Assembly (NCBI GenBank): GCA_013265495.1
Contig: MU058241.1
Location: 62,001 to 126,000, forward strand
DNA: 64,000 nucleotides
Source of the DNA: Vicugna vicugna
Lineage: Eukaryota
Reading direction: 5' to 3'
The notes below the pieces were generated by a model that saw only the letters and a list, made by a program, of their open reading frames with translations, had not been told where the DNA came from and searched no databases. The position numbers and the translations under genes were made by a program. Positions 38,420-51,589 of this stretch are shown here, piece by piece. Every line of letters begins with the position of its first letter. Positions within the stretch are counted from its first letter, which is position 1.

Positions 38420-39939
38420 GAGTTGAGGGCTTGATACAGGAAAAGGGAGAGAAGGTGGGGAAGGAGCTCACATCCCTCCTGCACCCTGGCCTAGCCACCC
38501 CCCACCCTTAGCACCTGAGCTGTACAGTCTGGAGGGAGGAGTGGGTGGAGGAGGGGAGGTACCTCCCCACGGGTGGTGCAAGGGCGACTGTTAACTATCA
38601 GACCTGGGCCAGGGCCCATATGACAGCTGCATTTTTAATTCTCTTTCCTGGGAGATGAGGGAGTTTTGACAAGAGATTACTTTAATATTCTAGCTTCACC
38701 ACAGCCTGTGTGTCATCTGAAAATGCTGCTAGAGACGAATTAGTCCTGAGTAATATCTTTTTGGCAGGAGTTGTATGTTATTAATGTTTGGGTCCCCAGA
38801 GCTTGCCAGAGTGCTCAGCACCTAAGAGGGAGCCCAAGGTATATTTGTGGAATAATTTTGTGGGTTCCCAAGATGTTAATTTAATCTTCATCGATCGTAT
38901 GTGACAGAAGCCACAAAGCCTTTTGTTGTGAAATGATTACCGGTAATTATTAAAAAGAGACAGAGTTTTCTCCTTCTTGATCACTTTGGGAAGACATATC
39001 TCGGCTGCCAATGTTCTGATATTGTAGATTTCCTCCCTCAGGTCTCAGGAAGGAAATGCCCTGAGGCTAAAGTCTGTTGGAGCTTTTGTTTCAATGGACT
39101 TTATTAACACTCGATTCCAGTGGAGGGAGCCCAGAAGGAGCTGGTGAGCTCAGGATGCTTTTGAATTTGTACTGATCAGCCTGGCAGTTCAGCCTTGGCA
39201 GTGTGAGGAGAAGCACAGAGGACTCAGTGAATCACACATATTAATTCTGGAGACATTCTTGGTTGTAATTATCTTGGAATGGTCCTGGAGCACCAGTCAG
39301 CATGGTCACTGGTAGGTGGCTTGTCCTCTTCCTGTGGGGGAAATCCATTTTGTCCTGCACACTTCCAGGGCATTTGTGACCTGTCCCCTTTATGCACTTT
39401 AAGGAGCATGGTGAGTTCTGTTTGTCCCCTGAGACTCCCGGACAAAAGTTGCTGGTCACTAGGCAATGCTGAGGGAGCTGGGTCAATCTGGCACCCTTCA
39501 CTGTCCTGCCAAGCAGAGCGTCACATTCTGATCCACTGTGCCATGCTAGCAGGGACTGCTGTCAGTAAGTCACTAGCAATTATACACCTGGGCTGATGCA
39601 AATCTCTGACCCAAAGTACCAGTAAGGTAACTAATGAGAGGCCGAAGACTGGGGGAAATGGCATCATTCAATCATTCTTTCAGTCCTTTTGCTTCCTTGT
39701 AAGTTCCTGGGTCTTTTTAAATGCATTTTGTTTATTTTTGTCTGCCTTTGCTCTTTATTTGGGAGAAGGCTGGAAAGGAAGTGAGGTGTTTGGAATACAG
39801 GAGTAGGAAATGAAAGGCAACTACTGCTTGGTAACAGCACCAAAGAAAGGTGGCAATAATGGTAGTGGACATTGGTGGGTGTTGTCTACTCCTGTGTCCA
39901 CCCTGTGTCTTATAGTTAAAACAATTAAGTTTTCTCTAG

Positions 39940-40360
39940 GCAACACTAGCTATGACTCTCAGACCCTGCGATACAGAGCTCCTGGGGCAGACCTGGGGAC
40001 CAGGCCTGGCCAAATAGCATTTCAAATCCCTTGACTACAGTGACTGGCTAGGGAAGAATCTGTGACCCATGATTATCCAGGGACAGCCAGATGTGGGCTT
40101 TTGCTAGAATTTCTAAGAAAGAGATTTGTTTGTTTATAAATCCATCTTCATCTGTGAGACTGAAGACAGCACTGAAGCACTGAGAAACACAGAGCTACAG
40201 TGGAGAGAAACAGACCCCACTAGGTAGCATTTCGGCACCTGGACCTGGCTAAGCCTGAAGGCCGCACATAAACTATTCAGTTCCTTTTTTTTTTTTAAGC
40301 ACCATTTGATTTGGGTTGCTAATGCTTGTCACTGGAAAAAAGAATTCCTGGCTTATTAGA
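39940..40360 (+). mobile_element. Old MLT1 (K/L-like) LTR remnant
   Basis: AGTGACTGGCTAGGG..TGTGACCCA, GCACCTGGACCTGGCTAAGCCTGAAG, TTCCTTTTTTTTTTTTAAGC..TTTGGGTT..AAAGAATTCCTG end pattern. Confidence 0.5.
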
Positions 40361-40929
40361 ATACGTACTAACCTCTATAGAGAATTAAAATGATACTGAG
40401 TGCTATTAAAGTCACTTTTTCATTATAACATATGACCTATGGACATACAATTGCATTCAAAAGATACATCTATTTTACTGAATAATAGAAAAGGAACAAT
40501 CCGTAATCATTCAAGTCAGGAAGGAGAATATTGCCAGCTGCACAGGAGCTCCCCTGATCACCATCCATTTTCCCTACTAGAAGTTACCACTCTTGACTTT
40601 GGGGATAATCATTTCCTTGCTTTTCTCTGTAGTTTTACTCGTCTGCACCCTTAAACAGAATGAATTTTGTAGTAATGGAATCATACTGCTTGTATCTGGG
40701 GGGTCTTGCATCTATCACTCACCATTAAAGGCCTGATGTTCCTCTGCAAAGCTATAGCTCATTTCATTCTCAAAGCTACTGTAGCGTTCAGCAGATGACA
40801 GTGCCACAATGTATCCATTAGGGAGTAGTTTTTGTACCCCGTGTTTACAGTGGAGAATTCATTGAAGTCGATCAGTCCAACAGAGCTCATAACGGAAACA
40901 AACTGAAATGTTATGTACTGCTCTTTGCA

Positions 40930-42290
40930 GAAGCCCGATCCTGAATCAGCCCAGCCATCTGCCGTCCTTGGTCCACATCCAAGCTGCTGATGGCTGCTGA
41001 GGAAAAACCGCACAACCGAGCGAATTCATGTTACTACAGATCATGATCTTCAACCCCAGCTGTGCGCTCCTGACAGCAAGCAATTCTGCGACCCCTCTTC
41101 ATCTTTCTTTTCCATCCTGTAGTCCCAGCCGGGACAAAATCTCGCAGCTTTCTCCTGGCTCCTTCTCTGCACACTCTCAGTGGATGACCTTGCCTAAGGG
41201 TGGTCTTTAGGTACAAAGTTGCTCTTTTCTCAACTTGGCAGTGGTGAATCCTATCTGCATCCATGCCCATCTTTGCTGCCATCTCTGGGGCCCAGCTGCC
41301 CTTCTTTCCACGTGACACCTCCCCTGCATCCCCCTCTCTCCTACTTGGCAGCATCTACCCTTGGCTGCACGCTCCCTGCCAGGAGTTTGACACTGTCTGT
41401 GAAAGGCTTTTGCCTTAATAACCTCATCTTCAGTATCCCTGCTATGTGACTAGGTCTTTTCATATCTCATCTGGATCATTACAGTCTTCCTAACTGGTCT
41501 CCCTTTAATGCTTGACTCCTTTGGCTCCAGATATTTCCCTCTACCAAAGCCAGAGGATTGTTTCTGAAATGCAGATCTGATTATATGAATCTGTGTTCAG
41601 GAAATGAACTCAGATTTACATCATAACAAATGACCAGAAACTGGGGGCGGGTGGGGAACAGCAGCACAAACATACTCTCTCACAGCTCTGGAGGCCAGAC
41701 GTATGAGATCCACGTGTCAGCAAGACTGGCTCCTCTGGAAGCTCTGGGGGAGAATCCATCCCATGCCCATCTCTTAGCTCTGGTGGCTGTTAGCAGTCTT
41801 TGGCTTGTGGACCCGCCACTCCAACCCCTGCCTCCATCTTCATGTGGACTTCTGGTCTCTGTGTCTCAAATCTTTCTTTTTTATAGGGACACCAGTCACT
41901 GGACTTAAGGTCCACTGTGAATCTGCGATGATCTCATTTCAAGATCCTTATCTTAATTATGTCTGCAAAAACCCTTATTTCAAATAAGGTTGCATTCTGA
42001 GGTGCCAGGTGTTAGGACTTAGACATGTATTTTGGGGGCTGCTATGTACTCCACTACATGCCTCCTTGATTAAAACCATCCAGTGGTACCCCAGTTCTCT
42101 TCTGGGTATAACCTCAACCGCTCAGTCTGGAACACCTTCCCCAGCCTAGGCAGTCTCACCTCTCCGTGCACCTGCTCTGCCAAGTATGCACATTCCTCCC
42201 GCTGAAAGGATCTCCCCTTCCCAGTCCTCTCCACCCCGTGTCTTATTAAGTCTCTGCTCAGGAATGCCCTCCTTCCCTCTGGACTCCCCC
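40930..42290 (+). mobile_element. L2 fragments interrupted by MLT1C
   Basis: L2 ORF2-like GGCTGCTGAGGAAAAACCGCACAACC, TCTTCCTAACTGGTCTCCC..AGCCAGAG..TGAAATGCAGATCTGAT; continues after the LTR as TAAAACCATCCAGTGG. Confidence 0.6.
41618..42058 (-). mobile_element. MLT1C-like LTR
   Basis: CATAACAAATGACCAGAAACTGGG..CTCACAGCTCTGGAGGCCAG..GGACACCAGTCACTGGACTTAAGG..TTCAAATAAGGTTGCATTCTGAGG. Confidence 0.82.
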
Positions 42291-42932
42291 ATCTTTCTCC
42301 AAGTCCACAAAGTGCTCTGTGTAGACCCACAACTCATAGAACACAAAGCTGAAAACCATCCCCAAAGCCAAACAGTGCAGTAGACTGGAAATGTGTGAAA
42401 TTTTATATGGATTGTTTAATCTAAAAATTTTTTTTAAAGTCCAAATACACTTATTCATAAGTTACCTGTTAGTAGAGGCAACCCCCCCCCAAAAAAACCC
42501 AAATCTGATTGCTTATGAAAATGACGACTATAGTTTCCCATTGCACAGAAATTATTTAAAAAAATTATTGATGACTATCAACAAAGAAGAGGAAGTAAGA
42601 GTGTGGCCATGGAATTCTAAGATGTAACTGGTTATTATGGTATTACTTAAATTGAATTGTTTATCTACACCCTACGGCAAAAATAACTGGACCATGATGT
42701 GAATAGTCTAGATAATCCTTTATTTTAACAGCATATTTAAATTACAGTCCTGTTCACATGTAGGACTGAAGGGCCAGTTGAACCAAAAAATGTGCTAAGT
42801 AGGAGGAACAATTTTTGGAACTTCAGGTCATGCAGGAAAAGCAGTTTTGTCATCTGGTCAGTGCCAGAAATGTAGGAACAAGACTTGTTATCAACACTGG
42901 ATGACATCCTAGGGCTATCTGGCCTTATGTCC

Positions 42933-43082
42933 TTTTTTAAAAAATCTTTTTTTTTTTTATTTTGGAGGGGGAGGTAATTTGGTTTATTCATCTGTTTATT
43001 TGATGGAGGTACTGGGGCTTGAACCCAGGACCTTGTGCATTGTAGGCATGCACTCTACCACTGAGCTATATACCCCTCCCCC
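42933..43082 (-). mobile_element. tRNA-Ala-derived SINE (vic-1-like)
   Basis: Reverse-complement head CTCTACCACTGAGCTATATACCCCTCCC, TTGAACCCAGGACC, tail GGGGGAGGTAATTTGGTTTATT plus T runs. Confidence 0.9.
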
Positions 43083-43117
43083 TCTAATTCATTTTTTTAT
43101 ATTTCTATTTTTAAACT

Positions 43118-43205
43118 TCTTATTGTGGTAAAACGTGCATAATCTGAAATTTAACATTTTCACCGTCTTTAACTGTATAGTTCAGAGGCATTAAGTACTT
43201 TTGCA
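43118..43205 (-). mobile_element. L1MA/MB extreme 3' fragment
   Basis: TTATTGTGGTAAAACGTGCATAATCTGAAATTTAACATTTT..TGTATAGTTCAGAGGCATTAAGTAC. Confidence 0.7.
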
Positions 43206-44858
43206 ATGATTTTATTTCACCTTCCTGAGGAATTCCAGAATGCATGCAGCATAACTGAGAACTGGCTTGAAAGTGCGACACTTGGCAGTCTATTTTTTTT
43301 TTAAACCTATGTGAGAAAGAAATCTTTATGTCTAATAACATGTTTGAGAATTTGATGGACTATTTTTCTTGATGTTCTCCCGGTAGAGAGAGAAGGCAAA
43401 TGGGTTTATAAGCTTATCGACATGATGTAGGCTGTGATTTTTTTTTTCAGTGCATCCTGTGCTTTCTATTTTGGACTGAACTTTCTGGTTTGTAGGATAA
43501 AAGAATATCAAGAGAAAGTCGGCAAACTGTCAGGAAAACCAGACTAAATCCTGGTACTGATCCAAATGGAGAGTCTGTGAGAACATGATGAGTGTCCACA
43601 GAATCCTGGACACCTTTCAAGTCTTCCTAATGCCTTCATGTGTCGTGAGGCTAGACGCTGAAATAACAGGAGAAACACTGAGAACTTTGACAATTCTGGT
43701 GTCTCCAGATGGGGTGGAGTTATTTCAGTCTTTTCCTGGATTTTGATGTTCATTTGGGCACATTAATGTGCACACAATTAAAGAAAATTTTGTTCCAACT
43801 AAAAGATAACCGTCATTCTGCACAGGAACAGTTTCTGAGCGATCATTAAATGACGGATCGATGAAGTGCTTCCAATCTTCAGCTCGCAAGTAGGTTAATA
43901 TGAAAAAGGATGACATAAAGGTTCTCTGTTCTTTCTGTGAGAAAGTTTCTCCCAAATGATTTTTCAAGTTGAGCAAAAGAAAAAGTGCATAATTGCAGCT
44001 GTCACTAGATCATTTTCTCCCCCATTTTTGGGGTCTATTCTGCTTGCTGGAATTGTGCAGACAGCTTTGATCACGCTACCGTTGCCAAGCGACTCACTCA
44101 TCTGCCGAGTCCTCAACTGCCAAAGCGAACCGGACGACACTCTCTGTTCCACACAATCCGATTTTTCACCCTGTGCTTTGAACTCCATTAGCATTGCCTT
44201 AAGAAGAGAGAATGCTTTCGGAATTTTTTGACTGTATGAAACAGAACACATGAGGCTTGGTTTTCATAATTTGGATTTTTATGTGGATGCCCAGACAGCT
44301 CCCGTGTCCTGTAATTACTGTTTGCTCATCTCTCTGCGTTCTCTAGCTCCAGTGCTTCCAGAAGTGCTGGCCTCCTTTTCCGGAAGCAGAAAGGAGAAAG
44401 TCACTTTCCCCGCCCTCCTCCACTACCCCTGAAATAAGAAAAGTTATTTGTAGTCCGCTTTTATTGGAACTCTTCATTGTATGGACTCTCTCTGTTCCGT
44501 GTAAGGTGTTCCTAGGGTCTTGGGACAGCACACTTTTTTTTCTGAAAGCAATACCTTCTTAAAGGAAGACTGCTTCCGTGTTTCAGCCTGCACTCATTCC
44601 TTGGTGACAGCACTACTGACTCATGCTGAGGGGTGCAGCCTGGCCTTCCCTGTGACCCCTGGCAGCCCTTGGGCCAGATGAATTTAGTGTTAGTTGATTT
44701 CTGAGGCCAGTGAGTGTGTGCACACCAGCAATTTTCTGAATCAATGAAATAATGAATTGAGGCATCCAAGCAGAGCAGTGGGCCTCAGACAGCATCCCCT
44801 CTGTTTGCTGCTTCCCACTTGAATTTTCAATAAGCAGAAAAATTCAGGGGCTGAGGCA

Positions 44859-44967
44859 TGGGTGGACAGATAAAATACAGGACACCCACGTACATGTGAG
44901 TTTTGGACACACAACAAATGACATTTTAATATAAGTATGTCCCAAATATTGCTTGGGATATACTTAG
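44859..44967. mobile_element. MER53 palindromic MITE (left arm plus centre)
   Basis: CAGATAAAATACAGGACACCCA..ACAACAAAT..TATAAGTATGTCCCAAATATTGCTTGGGATATACTTA matches the recalled MER53 consensus. Confidence 0.8.
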
Positions 44968-45084
44968 AATAAGCCAAAAGTCTACTGTCTCACATTTCAT
45001 TTGAGTGAAGCTGGAGACTTCACTGAAAAACTCATTCTTTAACTCCTTTTTTCTGCTTATACTTAGCAAGTCCTTCAGACCTGT

Positions 45085-45405
45085 AAGGACCAACGTGCTG
45101 GCCACCAATCACAAGTGACTGTCAAGGTCTTGAACTGTGGCTAGCCTGAACTGTTATATGAGGTAGATGTCTAAGACTTTGCATGAAGAAGAAAAGATAC
45201 CAGATTTCCAAGACTTTGTATGAAGAAAAAAATGTTTCTCATTAATGACTTTAGTATTAGATTATGTGTTGAAATCATACTATTTTGGAGCCATTGGGGA
45301 AAAGTATATCATTAACTTCACTTGTTTCTTTTTAACTTTTAACATGACTACTAAATCATCTAGAATTACATATGTGACCTGCATTATATTTGTTAGATAA
45401 CACAG
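45085..45405. mobile_element. MER33-like hAT element
   Basis: TGTGGCTAG..ATACCAGATTTCCAAGACTT..GATTATGTGTTGAAAT..AATTACATATGTGACCTGCATTATATTT. Confidence 0.65.
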
Positions 45406-45407
45406 CT

Positions 45408-45617
45408 TTATAGTTGGGAAATGTTTTCTTCAAGGGCCAGTTAGTGACTATGGTGGGCTTTGTAGTAGACGGGATTTCTGCTGAAAATTCTCAACTTGGT
45501 TCTTTGTAGCCACTGACAATACTGAAACAAATGGATGTGGCCAAGTGCCAATAAAACTTTATTTATAAAAACAGGCAGTGGCTTATCTGGCCCAAGGGTG
45601 TAGTTCGCTAATACCTG
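45408..45617 (-). mobile_element. MER58A-like MITE
   Basis: TGTGGCCAAGTGCCAATAAAACTTTATTTATAAAAACAGGCAGTGG..TGTAGTTCGCTAATACCTG. Confidence 0.75.
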
Positions 45618-47184
45618 TTTGAGAGATTTAGGGGTTTTATTTGTAATTTTTAAATGGAAGAGTAGCTCTGTGTCTCTCAGCTTCCTGATTTGGATAGAGG
45701 GAGAAAATATCTGTAAGTCGACAATTTACCTTTCTCATTGGTTTGACTACTACTTGGGAAATTACTGTTTACTGCTTTTTTAATTTTTAACAAAGAAGAA
45801 AAAGCAGAAATATGACCACTTGTGTGTGGGTCCCTCCTTGTGTCAAAGCCTCCTGGAATCCCGCCCCGGGAAGGGTAGGTCTGCAGTCATCCGTTCTGTA
45901 GAGGCAGTGAGGCCACAGGATACACATTTTGTCCCAAGTGCTGCAGAAGTGTGAGGGCATGCTTCACACACAGTCCATGTGAAAAACAGCAACCCCACCT
46001 AACAGATGTTAAAGACATGAAACAACAGAAAGGGCGGCTTCCATGCTGGAAGTGAAAGGAAGTTTTACAAAGAGCTGTAGAAATAGTAAATCCTTTTTCT
46101 CACCTAGTTAAAATGTTCTGTCTACTGAGAGCATGGCATGATGTGATTTAGCAGAATTGATTTCCATGTGATTGGGAAATGTCCTGAAATGTAAAAACTT
46201 TTAGGACCACATTAAAAACAAGTAACAGTGACAGGTGCAGATGTTTTTCTGGGAGGCGGGTTGGGGGAGAGCCGTCAGCCATGACTGGTACATAAGTGAG
46301 GTATGTATGCGTTTCTCTTACTGACCAGGGAGGCTTACAGGTACTTTGAGAATAAAATGGTCATCCAGGAAAGTGTAACCCCAGGAAACTTATAAATTAA
46401 AGTTTGACTTATTACCTGTTTCATGCTCTTCTTTTCAGTGTTGAGGGAAACTGGAAACAATTTATGTCCCTTCAGTTTTGGAGTCCGCGAATCGTGCCTG
46501 AGTGTCAGTGTTTAAGTTGATTGTCAGCGTTCGTTGTTACTTTTCCTTTTGGCGCTGGCATGTAAAACTAATCTCGCTGCAGCTGAAGCGATTGCTGGGA
46601 ACTCCTGTGGGATTAGGTTAGGCCTGGTGAAGGGATGTGCTTTTCAGATGTACAAGTTAACAACCTTCGGAGAGAGTGCAGTGAGTGGCTTGTTCACAAG
46701 GGCACATCTCTGGGTATCTACTCCATCTTTGGCTTTTCATTACTTTGTCCAAAGTCTAAATATTCTCCTGGAAGAAAAGAAAGTAAAATTTAGTGGATAC
46801 TACTGTGTAATGGGCACTTGGTTGAGGACTTTACATATATTACTTTATTTCACTATCAAAATTACCGTTTGACTAGTACTAAAATACAAAATCTATAGTA
46901 ACATAAAACATACAAGATACTTAGTAATATAAATTAATATATATAACTTAAAATACTCCATTTTATTCTCTAACTAAACCATCTATCATTAAAGCTGCTT
47001 TCCAACTGATACAAATTGAAGCACGAATTATCAGTCTGATAATTTCCAGATTCTTGGTCTAATAAGTTCTAAATCATTTGTTGCTTTTCAGAAATTGTTG
47101 GTAGGATCTTTGTTTTAATACAGCTGCCACTAACAAAATGAGGCCAGGATTCTACAGGGGTAATGCGTTAAGCTATCCCAGGAA

Positions 47185-47548
47185 TGCTTTATACTGAATG
47201 TTGGCGTCCTCCTCCTAGAGTCACATGTTGAAATCTAAGCCCCAAGGTAATGGTATTTGGAGGTGGGGCCTCTGAGAGGTAATTAGGTCATGAGGGTAGA
47301 GCCCTCATGAGCGGGATTAGTGCCCTTACAAGAGACCCTAGACTTCCCTCTCCCCTTCTGTCCTGTGAGGACACAGGGAGAAGGTGCCCTTCTGTGAACC
47401 AAGAAACAGTCCATCACCAGATAACCGAATCTGCCAGCACCCTGATCTTGGACTTCCCAGCCTCCAGAACAGTGAGACATAAATGTGTGTTGTTTACAAG
47501 CCACCCGGCCCATGGCACTTTGTTACAGGACCTGAAGGGTCTAAGACA
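47185..47548 (+). mobile_element. MLT1A0-like LTR
   Basis: TG..CA ends, GGTATTTGGAGGTGGGGCC..TAGGTCATGAGGGTAGAGCCCTCATG..GGACTTCCCAGCCTCCAGAAC; near-TSD AGGAA/AGGGA. Confidence 0.88.
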
Positions 47549-50500
47549 AGGGACTTCCCATTAAAATGATAGACCCTAATGGATCCTGGCTTTGTTTCAG
47601 CCGCAGGGGGGGAGGGGGGACATTGCTTGCACATCATCACCAGGGGGCTCACCTGGACAGGCTGTCTCAGCCTTGCCTAAATGCCACCACAAGGCAGCCA
47701 GTCCTCAGGCCTGCTCCATGCTCCTCCACTGTAGGGGGTCTCCAGAGCAGCAGGTGGCCACCACACCTGCTTGGCCATTGACACCTGTGTCCATTCAGTA
47801 GCTGCCTGGGGCTGGCAATGTCAGCAAAGTACGTGTTTGGGAGCCTTTTAAAAAATTTGAGATCCAGTTGAAAATCATGCACTGCATTTGGCTATGACTT
47901 TGTAATTTCCTTGAATCTAGAACAGTCTGTCTGCCTTTAGTTTTTCTTTTCAGCTGCTGTTTTGAAGTGTTCTGGCTGATTGTCTTCTACAGTGTCCCAT
48001 GCTCTGTATCTGTCTGTTTTGTCATGATTCCATGCAGGTTGGACATTTTTGGCAAGAACACTGCAGAGGTGATGTTGTGTCCTTTTCATTGACTTATCAG
48101 GGGCAGCCAATACCCAGGCTGGACTTTCATTGCTTTTATTGAGCTCAGTTAGTAGGTTAGGGCTGTGCCCACTCAGTAACCACATCAGGCAGATAACTTC
48201 TTTCCATCATAAGGAATGAGTCAATGAGGGGGTGAGATCTTAGCACTGTGAAGGTCTCTTCACACCCACCCCCTAACTTTTCCTGTTTCAAGTATTACAT
48301 TGGTAGTTACAAAATAGTGAATTACTAATTTGATCATTTCTTTCCATCTCCCCCGCTAGCTTTATTGAGATATAACCGACACATTAACACTGTGTTAAGT
48401 GTGAAGTTTTCTACAAGTTCTCAGCTGAAATTTTGCTAGGAAGAAGAGCTTGATTTCTGCACACTCAACTTTTGAGCATCTTTATAGCCTCATGGATTGT
48501 ATTTTGTTATTGTTGTTAGTTTTTTTGGTTTTCTGTTATGTGTGTTATAATCAATTAGCATCATTATAGTTTTTGATGCTCAGACTGTCCGTCCATTGGC
48601 CAGTGGGAGTCCTTTTGGCCACCATCACTATTAAAAGGCAGATTCCCCCTCCACCTCTGAACCTCCTACATGTGACGTGGTTATGAAAACTACATATGGA
48701 CTTGATGTTTTTGATATTACTGTGTTTTGCCCAATCTCATACTTCAGCCAGAATTTACAGCATTTAAATTGCCAAAGATAAACATCTCAGGCAATGTTGG
48801 CATTCCATGGCATTACTATGCCGGCTGAAGTTGCCCTGGACCACAGGGAAATTTTATTTTGATAAAACATTGTGGTTTACCTATTTAAGTCAAGATTCAA
48901 GTTTGCTGAAAATTTTATGACAGCAGAAATTCACTGACCAATCCCAAAAAGTTTATTTACATCAACGTGTAAGATAAAGCCCCAACTCTCAGTGATTTGG
49001 GAACAAAGGCATTTTTTGAAGTCACAGCAATTCATTTTAATTTGATACAAACACTTCTTGTGGCATTTCCTTTGTGTGTGTGCACGCGCACCTGCACACG
49101 CGCATTACTCTCCTACAGGCGGTGTGTGTAATGCTCCAATGAAAACAGTGTGCTTGCCTGTGCATGTGTCTGTTTCTTTGTATATGTCCCTGTGTTTCTG
49201 TGTGCATGGCCGAGCACGTGAACAATGCTCCATTCTAGATGGCACATCAGTATATGTGTGTGTGTGTGCTTCATGTGTAAGGTACTTCAGCTCATGATAA
49301 GCTACTTGGCTCTTGAAGACGATGATCTCAATCCACTTTGTAGAAGTAATTGCACTGTTTTCCTGCATTCCTTTCATGCACAAGGTTGCTGAAGATGATT
49401 GCCACCCAGTTTTATTGGAGAAAAATGTCCTTTATTTACTGTTATTTGATGGGGGTATTTCCTTATATTTGCATATCTCTGATGCAACACAGAGACGTTT
49501 CTGCCCCTTGATGTGCACTCTTCTCAAGTTGAGTCTTACCTAATGAAATGATTTAAGTTAGCTTCCATGACGCAGAAACCTTTGGTCTATTAACTCATGC
49601 TCCAAACTGGAGTAAAATGAATCTGGGAAAAATTACTGAGAGCTGCTTGTGTGGCTCCCATTACATCCTCTTCTTCGGAGACTGGGAGGCAGAGGGAGTC
49701 CTGCCTTGGGTAATGAATTACAGAAATGTGGCCTTGTTTGTGCTTGATTATGATGATAGCAGTGTAATTTAGTGCCTAGTGTGAGCTGTGCTAGAAATGT
49801 TAAAGCTTCTGATCCAGCCAAGATTTTTCCCTAGCTTGCTTGTTAATCAGGCTCAAAAAGCACTAGAACCTTTTGCTAAGTTAGTAAAATATCAAGAAGA
49901 AAAATTACAGTGTATAAAAATAGCAAGAGAACAGAACAGTAGGTCAGAGTTAAAATATGTTTTGCAATCCAGCATGTGCAATCTTCCTTTTCTTTCCAAA
50001 GAAACTTCATCGGATCTTTCCCTGGGTTTCCACCGTTATTAGTGGGGAGGGGCTGTGTGCTGGTGCAGTAACGAATGACCCTAGTGACTTACAACTCAGC
50101 TTATTTCTCATTCTTGCTACATGACATGGCCGGTTGGCCTGAGGCCTCTATGACAGTCATGTGGGGACTGTGGTTGATGGAGATGGGGAGGTGGGGAGAA
50201 AATGACCATACTGTAAAGCATCCCCCTGAACTGTGGTGTTTCTCACCCTCACGGGGGGGAACAAGTCACATGGTCATACCAGAGTTCAACTGGGTGGGGA
50301 TGTTTCATCCCGCCTCAGGGAGGGTCCCTGAATACTAGTGAGCAATCCTGCAGACGCTACTCTAGTTATCAGGACCTAATACACTGAAGTGCTGGAAATA
50401 TGAGATAATCATGCTAATGGCATGCTCAGTCAATCCAGATTAGTAATAAATGTGCTGTATCTGCGGTGTGCTAAGGAGCCAAACATAATATGCTCCAAAC

Positions 50501-51589
50501 CATGAGGTCACCGTTGCCTTTGCTCATTTTCTCCCTGTGAGTGATCACATACTTGGAATTCTTTGAATATATCTTGGTGTCTGGGTCCTAGAAGTTTCAC
50601 ACTTGATTGCCTGTAAGAGTTTTTCTTAAAGAAGGGGGAAATTGATTTTATAAATATAGAAGTAACAGATTCTCATTGGTAAGAATTTAGGAAGTACAGA
50701 AAATATTTTAAAAGAGAGTAAAATATGCTATAATCCCACCACCCAGAGGTTGAGAATTTCAGTTCAGGAGACACAAAAGCACAGCATAGATGCCACTGAC
50801 TTAAACAAAAAGACAACCCATTTTAAGAACATTTGTATTCCTTTGATTATTAAAAAGGTTGAACATCTCCCTACCAGATGTTTAAAATTATTTATTTATT
50901 CTCTTCTGTTTGGTCTGTTTCTCTCTGTGTAGAGCTGCTTTGAGTGTAAGTGATAGAAACCCAATTCCAAGTTGTATTGGTGACAAAGAGCACTGACTGG
51001 AGTGAGGACAGAGGTGCAGCTGGTTCCTGGAGCAGTGGAAACAGGGATTCCAGGCCACCAGCTCTCACAGACATGCCCAGTCCATCACCTCTGCTTTCCT
51101 CTTGAGGCTGGCTTTGTTCTGTCACAGGAGCTGCTTCTCCTGCCTAGCAGTGGGCGTGGAGGCCGGCATGTCTCAGGCTTAGATCTTTAGCTGTGCCGAC
51201 AGGGAAGGATTCCATTAGACCCAGTGGACCTGGCCTGTTTCTCAAGCGCACCTGTGGGACCAGTCAATGGCAGATGCCTTTGCTGGAGCAAATGGTTGGA
51301 ACCGGAGAAGCTGGCACCAGAAGAGGGGTGACTCTGCCAGTAGAAAGTGGGGGCACTAAGTGTGTCCCACACCATTTCACCTTATAAAAAAGAATTTTTC
51401 ACTTGAACAAGTAGTACATTAATACATACTGGCTGCTGAATTTTCAGTGTATGGAAAGGTAATGTCCAGCTCATGTGTCACCTGCAGGTGCCTCTCAGAG
51501 GTACCATGGCTGCCTGGTGTACGACCTTGTCAGTCATTCTCTGCGCATTTGCATATGTGTAGAAACCCTCCAGATATGACTAGGTGTAA

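Noticed and set aside
45173..45230. Direct repeat AAGACTTTGYATGAAGAA x2
   Set aside because: Small local duplication inside a MER33 fossil; no sign of function.
46574..46591. Imperfect 18-bp palindrome TCGCTGCAGCTGAAGCGA centred on an E-box
   Set aside because: Several one-mismatch palindromes of this size are expected by chance; no supporting context.
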